DNA from: Hydrolagus affinis
Taxonomy: Eukaryota
Direction of reading: 5' to 3'
Length of the DNA stretch: 64,000 bases
NCBI GenBank assembly: GCA_012026655.1
Contig: JAAILG010000071.1
Coordinates: 1 to 64,000 of the forward strand
Positions within the stretch are counted from its first letter, which is position 1; every line of letters begins with the position of its first letter. Shown here one piece after another: positions 54,095-64,000 of this stretch. The translations under genes were made by a program, and so were the position numbers. The notes under the pieces are model-generated. The model was not told where the DNA came from. It did not search any database and saw only the letters and a list, made by a program, of their open reading frames with translations.

Positions 54095-54272
54095 CTTTTA
54101 AAAGAGAATCAGATCTTTATTTAGGGAGAACAGGTCTGTTAGGTTATGGGGAAAGAGCTGGGCAGTGGGATTGAGTTGGGCAGTGGGATTGAGTTGCTCT
54201 TTTCAAAGAGCCGGCACAGACTAAATGGCTGAATGGTCTCCTTTCGTGACATAAAATTCTGTGATTCTATGA
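54095..54272 (+). mobile_element. CR1 LINE 3' tail fragment (similar pieces near 36940, 50820 and 60540)
   Basis: ggttatggggaaagagctggg...aaagagccggcacagact.aatggctgaatgg.ctcctt...attctgtgattctatgat; octamer-repeat terminus typical of CR1. Confidence 0.78.
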
Positions 54273-55269
54273 TGGAAGAGGTTACAGCGAGGCCTTCCGA
54301 TAGACCAGAGGCCTTTAAGATGCTCATCTTAATGAGCGTATGTGCTTCATGTCCACTGAGTGTCAGCACCAGTTGCGGTGTCTTGCACCTTGTGGCCCAG
54401 GGGGACCTTTGTCGAACTAGCCACTCTAAACAACTAGTCGCTGAGCTCTTTTCTACAGACTGTTTGCTAAGTTATCAAGCATTTAGTGTATAATCAAAGT
54501 GCAGGATACAGGGCATTAATTTGAATTCATATCTGCTCTCAAAACTATCTAGAGAAGTGGTTATATGAATTGAACAGTTGCGTAGACTCCAGTAAAAATC
54601 TGGTTTGTGCTGAAGCCAAGTTCAAAAGAACATTTTGATTAAAGTGTTTAAATTTAGAAGCTTAGGATGGTCCATCAGACAATCCTACAAAATAATGTTG
54701 CCATGTTGTTTCTGTCTATTCATATTTTATTTCCAAGCATAATTAATAAAGCTGCACATCTTATCAATGTAAGGACGTTATTGACAAATATGACTCTGGA
54801 ATTATCTGAACCGAGTTGGGGTGCATGACAATAATAGATTTCTCTGATTTGTCTGATAAGGATTATTCTGATACTAGGAGGATATTACAGAAGAATGGAA
54901 AGTCCGCAAAGCTAAATTTATAAATTCCAGCTAACAATATAAAGCATTTCCTATTAAAATGTTTAAATGCAATGGGATTTGGGTAAGGAAGGCAAATACT
55001 GTAGATCAAAACAGAAGCAACAGGTGTGTGCCAGTATTGCGTACACACTAAAATTTGGAAAAGCCACAGGTAAAAGTTAGAAAAGTCGGACACAACTTTA
55101 GAAAAATATTTAAAATTTCAACATTTTCCTGATAGCTATGGTTACAACAACAATTCAATGTTGAAAGAACAGGATCGCAATATATTTAATGAATATGCTA
55201 TCACACAGCACCATTGAAGCAGACAGCATAAATGATTTGAAGCAATGCCCCATATAAAATCAGTGAACA

Positions 55270-55530
55270 ATTTTATCTGGAGCATTCTTGCCCAGGTGAA
55301 ACTCTGTTTTATTATTTTTAAATGCAGTGGGACTTTCAACATCCATCTGAACAGGCAGATAAGACCTCAGTTTAATATTTCATCTGAACAACAGCACATC
55401 TGGCAGTCCAGTGCTTTCCCATCACTACATTTGAGTGTCAGTCTAGATTAAGAGTTCAAAGGCCCGATGTGGGGCTTATATTCCAACCCTTTGATCCAGA
55501 TTTGAAACTGCCAGCAACTGAACCAAAATA
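55270..55530 (-). mobile_element. Ancient Deu-domain SINE (SacSINE-like) including a decayed head
   Basis: gggactttcaacatccatctgaacaggcaga...gtttaatatttcatctgaa...cactacatttgagtgtcagtctagatta resembles the reverse complement of 29490-29610. Confidence 0.65.
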
Positions 55531-58487
55531 ACACCATTTTTTTTTTACAAAAAAGCAATATAAGCAGTTCATTATAAAATGGCAAACTAAATAATAACAT
55601 TTCAAATGCCATAGGTATAGCCAGGTGCAGAAAGCCAGTTAATTATAAGTTATAAAACTTAATGAAATAAAAGTGAAATTACAAAGTAGGCCACATACCA
55701 CTGACAATGATGGCTAATACTGTAAATACCATCAGAAACGAACATACTAGTGGTCTGCCAAGTGGAGAGAATTGCAAATTGTGAAGGTACTATAAAACAA
55801 ACCAAATTCTATTTACAGCGCTGCAATCTATATTATATAAAAGCCTGTAGGTATGTTTCCGCAATTGTGTCCTCCTGACGCGGATGGCGCTATGTCAAAT
55901 CTATCTTCTATAGATATATATATATATATATAAAAACCTTAGGTATGTTTCCGCAATTGTAACAATGAACTTCTAAAAGGAAAACAAAAGCCAATACAGC
56001 GTAAAAACCCCCCAAAAACAACAAAGAAAAACAACCCAGTGATTAAATCTCACCCTTTTTTTTGTAAACAACAAATACATTATTTTTAAAAAGTTTCGAA
56101 ATATATGAATAAACGTGTTCAAAAACACTAGGCCATGTATATTACACGGGAGTATAGCTAGTTTCAATTAATTCCTTATGAATGGCATTCTTGAGCTTTA
56201 TGCTAGATCCCAAGATTTTCTGGAAAGTGTTACAATGGGCAGAGCATTTTTAATGGTTTTTTCCTGCCATGGAAGTGAATGCTTCAGAGCGGAAAATAGT
56301 TATAATTTCTTCTGTGAGAATCACTCTCACCTGGAGTTTCGCTCACATGCAATTTTTCCTGCAGTTTACAGCTGAGCCATGTAAGCAGTCTACCAGATTT
56401 ATACCTCCTTCTCCACAATATTTTGCACTAGCCATATATAAAAAAAAGTTTCAGAGAGCTTTTAAAACGATTACTGCCACTTCAGAAGTATTAAATAACC
56501 ATTCACGTGATTGTTCTTTAATTCTCTGTTAAATGTTCCTTTGGAGACTTCCAGGTTATTTAATGGAAATATCCCCTTTCAATGAACCATGGGTCCTAGT
56601 TTGATTTGCATGAGCTTCTCAGTGGGAGAAAAGCGCACTACTCCTGAACGCAATATTGTCCAAATGATGTGCTCCAGATAGATTTACAGCAATTCAACCC
56701 CAATTTATACTACATAATTGGTGCACAGAAATTCCCTGGATGGTCCTGAATGCTGGTTAATTTTCACAGTTATTAGAGAGCTGCGAGCATGCCCTTATTT
56801 CTATAATAACATTAGAATCTTTAATGCCTTACCAAAGAACTTTTAAAATTATATTTTTATGATGTATAGTTGCTTTAGAAAGGACTGCATTAAAACTGGA
56901 GTTATACTGAGTTCCTTTGCATTGATTCAATTCCAAAAGTATCTCCTGGAAATATTGTTGGAATGAGACAGTCAAACCAATGATATTTAAAAAAGGAATT
57001 TATTGCACTGGGCAGAATCTGGATCGAATCAACACTAATGTGGAAAGACAATAAGAACAGACAACATAATTTGCACATGATCTAAATTAATGATATAAGG
57101 TGACCCACTGACCTAGAAAAATATTCTAGGGCAGACAAATGTATCCACTTATAAAAAATAGCATTTTTAAAAAACTGCAGCCTTATTGGAACACGACTTG
57201 TTATCACAAACATTGTCTTTACTTCTGGCTAAATGTCTAATGAAGACAAAATGGGAGGTCAAATAATAACAAGATGAACTTGTTATTTCCATTGCGATTC
57301 TAACGATGAAGACTGGTTATAGCTTCTTACAACTTAAAACTTCTATTTGACATTTCCCCCTCTGACACTTAATTGTATGCTGTTGTAATGACTTTTGATC
57401 ATCATGAGCAAACTGACGCGCCATTTGATCAAATTTCACACTGCATCAAAATGAAGATTAAAACGTCAGTGAAAAACAATCAAATGATCTAACACAATTA
57501 TTCCATGACACAAACTTTACTTTCATGAACCATATGAAAATTATTTATCAAAGATACATCATAGAAAATACCATGTTAAATACAAAGAGTGTACTAATCA
57601 TCAAAAACTGAATGAAAGGAAGACCGATGCAATATCCTCAGCCTGCAATTACCTAAAAACAGCTCTGCAGAGAAACATGGGATCCGAAATGACTGGATAA
57701 CTCTCCATGTATTTTATATCTTCAATTTCAGTCAACTGCCCATTGTAGTTAATTTTTTTCTCTATATTATTTAAAAAAGCTTATAGATTTCAATTATTAA
57801 TTGTATATACAGTATTTAATACTTCACAGGCTCTAGTATAATGACACAACCAGAAATAATGGGCCCAACCAGACGTAACAAACTAATGAGTTCCAATCAT
57901 TTTTATTCATTGTATAAAGATTATATCAAGAAATGTTGTGGTACCAATCATTTGTTCAATCATGAAGAGCAACTGTTTCCTTGCCTATTTATCCATATTT
58001 AGCAAAACATAAATCATTCACTTTGCATTAAATTAACATAAAAGGCAGTTGTTTGGTTATCACTCAAACATATCTCCGACTCTACCAGTAGATCTCATAG
58101 GGCTGGTTATAGGGCTGGTTAAACTATTTGCTGTAGAATGACTTTATTCCCAAAGTATCTGCATTGCTAGCAATCCATTTTTCATTTATTCAAGTATTTC
58201 TTTCTGTTGGGAATTAAAATGTCAAATAGAACAGTTGGCCTACAAGAAAATCATTCCATGGTATTATGGAAAGTATATTGTTGCGCTGAAGGCTGCACAC
58301 ATACACATTTCACTTCATGACCGGCCAGTTTTCACTTTCATGTATCTGAAATTCCCACTCGTCATCTTGCTTTACATTTGCTTTACTTGCAATTGTGTCA
58401 AAATCCAGTAAGTCAAATTGAAAAGCAGGACACAGACAGGAAGCAGAACTGAGCTGAGTAGAACAGAAATATAAGTATCTCTGTACA

Positions 58488-58600
58488 AATTTTGCCCACA
58501 AATTTACAGTCAATTCACTTTTCAATATATTCTGTGAAGCGGTTTGAGACGTCGATAAGATGTGAAAAGCACTGTATCAAATGCAAGGATTATTATTATT
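58488..58600 (+). mobile_element. SINE tail fragment
   Basis: gcccacaaatttacagtcaattcactt...aaatgcaaggattattattatt. Confidence 0.82.
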
Positions 58601-59150
58601 CTGCTGAATTTTAATATGGTAACTCTTCTACATTAAGATATAGTACATCATCATACACAAAGCACTGTAGTTTGCTGTGTGCATAGCTAGTTTCACTAGA
58701 TTGCTTGGTTAATCCTAGATAGACATCAGCATGACCACTTTAATTACATCTTTATTAGCCACATAATTGTTCAACTATCTTTCTTGACATCATCTAAAGA
58801 GCATTTATTATTGGACTACTGTATTAAAGGCTATCACACCAAAAGTACACTAAGTGCAGTATTTATTCTATCTGAAACAAATAAATAAGCTTTATAACAT
58901 TTCCTTAGTCTACTTTAGATAATACTGTACACACATTTTGAACAGCGTGTTGATCAGGAAAAAAGTCCAGGGTAGGACAGTTCTCTTGCTGAAAAATGTC
59001 ACCATTTTGATGCTGGGCACTTATAATATTGGGATCAAAATCATAATATTTCACATACAAAATAAACTAGTGTTTATAATATATAAATCTAAGAAACTTA
59101 ACCAAATAATATTTGTGAGGAAAAAAGCAAATATGGTACTTGGCAGATAG

Positions 59151-59456
59151 AATAATAATAATCCTTGCATTTGATATAACACCTTATCACATCTTCTGGA
59201 CGTCTCAAAGCGCTTCACAGGATATATAGTACTGTAAAGTGAATTTACTGTATATTTGTGGGTGAAACGCGGCAGCCAATTGCGCACAGCAGTGTCCCAC
59301 AAACAGTTGTGGATTGAAGTGACAAATTTATGATTTTTTTTAGGGATTATTATCAGGTGTGTGGAGTAAGGAAACTTAGGTTTTGCCCTGCTTGGAATCG
59401 AACCCAGTTCTCTGGTTTGCAAGGTGAATACTCTAACTACTGAGCTACAGGCCTCC
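59151..59456 (-). mobile_element. Full-length tRNA-headed Deu-domain SINE
   Basis: Head ggaggcctgtagctcagtagttagag...ggttcgattcc, core and tail. It accounts for much of the 253-aa ORF at 59051-59812. Confidence 0.9.
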
Positions 59457-61345
59457 ATGGTAGGATCAAAAATATAAAACAGCCAAGTCACAGAGAAATA
59501 TTCTACAATTGTATACAAATGAAAGACAACATTCTTTTCTCTCAAGTTATTTACCCTGAAGGACCAGTATTGTATATTGCAGCTGTAGAATCTGAAAGTG
59601 AAGCCAGATGTTATAGTGTACAGTGAAATCCCAGAGATCCCACAAGCAAATGGCAACTGAAAATCAGGACAGAATGCAATGACAGCTATGGACATTACAG
59701 AAGCAAAGGAAATCACTTTGGAGTCATGGCTCATGTCAATGTTTTGACACATTGTTCCTGTGTGGGTTCTATTATATTGCTGGTACAGTAGATGTAATGT
59801 CAATGAAGACATCTCTCTACCTGCCTGCTCTGAAGTGTTTCAAATATTATTGTTTCTAAGTTTAAACCTCCATTTTTATAATAATGAATTTATGATCAGT
59901 ATTATTGTCAGTGGCCCTTCAGGTATCTGCTTGTTAATGAAGGTGGTACTCTGAGAATAAGGGAGATGTTTCTCGCTGATGGAAACTAAACTCCATATGA
60001 TAGGTAACTGATCGGGAAGAAATGTACAGGTCTCCTGCTGGTTACCATATATGCTGCTTGTAATTGAGAGGTAGCATCATTTGTCCCGTGTCTAATTTCC
60101 CCACAGTTAGTAGTTCTGATAGTAAAGTACTCTTTAGCTTGACAGTTAGAAACGTAGGGGATGACCATGAATCTCCCTCAGGAAGAGTTGTTATTATCAG
60201 TTAGGAATAATGAGGCTGCTTGTCATATTTTGCACTTGTGTTATTTAAATTAGTCAATACAAAAGCAAAAATCGAACATTGTGTATCCTGATTTAGAATG
60301 ATGGTAAATTTGAGAAAACGTAATGTCCCATAAGTAAAAAATTTTTTGAAAACCAAATTTTCATTTTGAAATTCTTCATTTAACCTTAAATATACTAATG
60401 ATACCTCACTGGCTGAGTGCTACAACAACAACTACAACAACAACAACACTTTGATGTGATGGTATATGTGAAGCGTGAAAAATTAGCTGATTTCATTTCA
60501 GCAGGTGAACATTGACATAACCTCCTGCATGTTGCATGCATAGAACCACAGAAATTTATAGCACTATAGAACACCATTCGATCCATATATTTATGCTGGC
60601 TTTGAGAGAGAAATCTGTTCAGTACCATGTATTTTCCCCAAACCCCCTGCAAATTGCTCCTTCTTAGACGTCTGCCTAATTTACATCCTACACATAGGTG
60701 CTAGATGCAGGAAGGTGCTACTAAAATCACTGTGAAATGGCTGCTAACGTAAATGTTATTGACATTTCCTGGGTGCTGTGCAGTGGCTCTTCCCTTGCAT
60801 GATCATTGTGCAGGAAATAACACAGCAGTGATCTAACAACACGAAAGCACAGTCATGCGTTTTGTGTGGGAAGCTCAGTCAGCATTGGAAGCCAGTTGTA
60901 CTGTGTTATTGGTTAGTGCAGTTCCTCAGTAGACCTGCATCCAAGGTCTACTGCATTACTGTATATTGACAGGTGTATGATGGTGTTCTCCTGTGTGAGT
61001 ACGAATGTATGTCTGAGACTGACCTCCAAATATGTTGTGAATACCTGAAGCTGTTGGTAAAACTGCACTTGATCGCTTGTCTGTTACTTGCTACACATTC
61101 AGATCTTAATATCATCAGTCATTCAAGAGAGGCATTTCTTAGAGTGAGAGAAAATTGTTGCATATCAAACTATTGTGAACCACTCTTTTGCACCTAATAA
61201 TAACAAGTTGAAGAGATATTTACTACCTTTATACTGTAGTCTTGTCAGAGAATTTTCATAAATTGTAGTAGGAGACCCATTAGATATGAGAAAACAACAC
61301 ATATATATGTTGCGTATGTAAACATATGTATATATCTTTGCTTAC

Positions 61346-61497
61346 CCTTATCATCAAAACTGCACTTCTGACATCGTGAACCGAATCATAGACCTTTTTG
61401 GCCGCATCAACAAACTCATTATCATCAAACTGGTGGGCTGAGTCAATGCTGAGTGCTTCCAGCGCAATATTAACTTGTGTGACGAACTCTGGCATCG
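61346..61497 (-). CDS. CTNNA3: Alpha-T-catenin coding exon (equivalent to human exon 13, M domain); gene continues beyond the right edge of the window
   Basis: Minus strand tttttttcag|CG ATG CCA...ATG ATA AGG|gtaag, 152 nt. Encodes MPEFVTQVNIALEALSIDSAHQFDDNEFVDAAKKVYDSVHDVRSAVLMIR, recognisably alpha-catenin and closest to the alpha-T motif PEFVTQVNVALEALS. Confidence 0.95.
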
Positions 61498-61909
61498 CTG
61501 AAAAAAAGCAGTTAAAATAAACCCTCGAAAATGAATCACATTAGAATACACTTCAATTTCTGCATAAGCAACCAACGTTTCTCACCATAAAACAAACCAC
61601 ACGTGTAGAGTTCATAAATTATATACTTGCATCTTTTTAACTTTGTGAACATGAACTGTATAATGCAATATGGTTCCACATTTTCAAATGATATTTCAAT
61701 TTAAATAATGTAAAAACTTCATGAGGAAAAGTACTGATATTTTATTCACAGCACACATTATAGATTAGAAACATGTGTTATAATATTGAAGTAACACCTT
61801 CAATCAACCATTAGAGGTACACGAGAGTCAGGCAACACATCAATTCCTGCATAAAATACCCATCTATAATACAACAGAAACACTGAGGAGGTGTCACTTC
61901 AAGCATATT

Positions 61910-62220
61910 TGGGGAGATCTGCCTGGTGTCTGGCACATGTGAAAACCCATCACATTGCTTAAGAGTATCTAAACCAAACTAACAGTTCTAAGTATCCCAG
62001 CTAAACATAGAAATTCCCGAGATATTTGTTGGAATGGAATGTGCATTTTGTCCTTGGAGTGCCGTATCTTGCTTCCCTAGTTTTAGAGAATATGAGGCAC
62101 AGATTGCCAAGAACCAATCTTGGGGTCGCCAGAGGATGCTTCGGAGTATTGAGACTTCGGAGTATAAGACGTGGAAAGTGCTATATAAATGTAAGGATTA
62201 TTATTATTTATTATTATTGC
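61910..62220 (+). repeat. Unassigned dispersed repeat family X, copy 3, followed by a SINE/L2-type tail
   Basis: ggtgtctggcacat...tgcttaagagtatctaaaccaaac...gaaattcccgagatatttgttggaatggaatg, then gacgtggaaagtgctatataaatgtaagg(att)n. Confidence 0.72.
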
Positions 62221-63136
62221 TGGAATCTTTTCTTCCTTTGTAAAAAAAAGGGAGCCTTTCCCCCAACCCCCAACCCCCCACCCCATACTAGTAGTTTTCA
62301 TCGTCTAAATATTATTTAACCCGATGTTTGAGAAAGTGATGTTCTGTCTTTTTTGCACAAGGGAATACTTGTGGCACCTATTCACTTCACTACCCTGGAC
62401 AGTATTTAGCCTAGTTGTTTTAAATTGAAAAATACATCCCTGACATATTGTTGCAATATTATAAAATGTTGTTAACAGCACTGCACAGCTAAAAATCACA
62501 AAGCTCCTAATTATAAATGGTAGCATGCACAAGGTTACAAGATAAGTTTTTTTTAACTTAGCTAACAGTATTATTGTTACCTATAAGACACATTTTATAT
62601 TGAACATTGTCAATTTCAACAAAGTAACAGAATACCAGTTCTATAAATAGTTTCTGTACCTTAGAAATGTAAGTCGCAATAATAATCACTAGGTCTGGGG
62701 AATTCTAAATAAACCATTGATTTAAAGACTTTGATGGAGTGGTTCTGTCCTTTAAACTAGTGAGTTATCATTAATTCAGATGCACAATACTGTACTTAAA
62801 TACAATGTACATATAAAATAACTAGCTTTTTTTTAACAATATGAAATATTTCTATGTGTCAGATTATTGGGAACCAGTACACAATACAATCTCATATGTA
62901 TAAACTATGTTCTTAGCAACATCTACAAGAACTAGTCACAGAATGGAACCTTTATAAGATTCACAAATGGTGCATTTGCCCTGCATAAAATATGGAATTG
63001 TATGAAAGAGAGCAAAAATCAACGAGATAATCCTTCATTCCCAAATCTTTGCTGAATATCCACTTTAAGATTAGTGCATATATTTTGTTTAAATTTAGTT
63101 TAGTGTATTGTTAAGTATTAAATTAATGTGTTTTGT

Positions 63137-63370
63137 GGGAGTCAGCTGGATGTCTGACACATCGGTAATGCCTCACCATGCTTAAGAGTACCTAAACCAA
63201 ACAAACCAAACATGCATCTCACCTCCACATGGAAATTCCAGAGATGTTTATTGGAATAAACCATGCACTCTCTCCTTCGAAGGATGCATCCTGCTTACCT
63301 AATTACAGAAATTATTCGGGAGGTTGGCAAGAGACCTTGGAATGTGCATTGGGGTACTGCTGGAGTCTGA
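63137..63370 (+). repeat. Unassigned dispersed repeat family X, copy 4
   Basis: Collinear similarity to 6742-6980 over about 230 nt. Confidence 0.8.
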
Positions 63371-63549
63371 CCATCTAAAACTGTATAGCTTGCCATTGAG
63401 ATTACTGCCTGGCAAGCTTACCCGCTAGTATCACCCTAGCTGGACAAGCTGTGGGAAAGAGGGCGTCTAACAATATATGAGAAACAGGATGAGTGAGATA
63501 AAAGGTGTTAGAAAGTGTGGGGAGAATGAATATGAAAGTAGTGTGCATG

Positions 63550-63583
<34 letters not shown>

Positions 63584-63594
63584 AAGAGGAGAGT
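63550..63594. repeat. (GA)n microsatellite and purine-rich tract
   Basis: Seen directly; a shorter (GA)n lies at 15980-15991. Confidence 0.9.
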
Positions 63595-64000
63595 GAGCAT
63601 GAAAGGAATGAAAAAGGTCAGTGTGTGTGAGCGTGTGAGAGAGTGGGGGGAGATTGAGCATAACACGTGTGATAAAAAGGAGAAAGGAAAGTACAGTACT
63701 AGAGTTAGTAAAGAGTCAGCCACACAAGCTGCAGTTGTGCAGTAGTCTAACATCAAGTGTTTATTGTTAACCATATACAATGTGGAATGGTATGAGGCTG
63801 AATAAGGACATACAGAACAACAGAATAGAGCTGATGAAATTATACCTTCCATCCTGCTTTTTTTTAAAAGCCAGCAATTTCACAATGCAATCTGTACCAA
63901 TGACAAATAGACAAAAGGCATAATTTTCATAATACAATTTCGGCTCTCAGCAATATTAATAAGGCCTTGGATGAGAATATGTCAGCTCTTATAGCGCTGA

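Noticed and set aside
59051-59812. Longest ORF in the track (253 aa)
   Set aside because: It reads through a SINE and AT-rich intron sequence, with no recognisable domain.
62641-62650. Perfect MEF2-type site CTATAAATAG (similar one at 30975)
   Set aside because: It would fit a cardiac gene, but chance matches are expected in 64 kb of AT-rich DNA and I have no conservation evidence.
1-64000. Nested LRRTM gene expected within alpha-catenin loci
   Set aside because: No long leucine-rich-repeat ORF on the plus strand. The host intron lies further 5' in the gene, outside this window.

Overview
AT-rich, CpG-poor vertebrate genomic DNA, not prokaryotic, so there are no operons, CRISPR arrays or rRNA genes. 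The repeat content (tRNA-headed Deu-domain SINEs with L2-type tails, L2 and CR1 LINE fragments, Penelope-type hammerhead repeats) points to a cartilaginous fish, probably a holocephalan; this is inference. The only protein-coding gene I can support is the 3' part of CTNNA3 (alpha-T-catenin) on the minus strand. It has six GT-AG coding exons of 152, 93, 182, 106, 135 and 288 nt (61497 down to the stop at 11512) that splice into one open frame; three of them are absent from the ORF track. The rest is intron or 3' flank filled with retroelement debris, including a heavily decayed L1-clade element, one TcMar-like MITE and a 100-N gap. The most interesting signals are: short dispersed elements carrying a minimal hammerhead-ribozyme core; a composite insertion (inverted hammerhead-family arms around an L2 fragment, bounded by a perfect 16-bp direct repeat); a candidate in-frame alternative exon in the last CTNNA3 intron; and an unassigned four-copy repeat family. 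I found nothing I can defend as a wholly new biological system.
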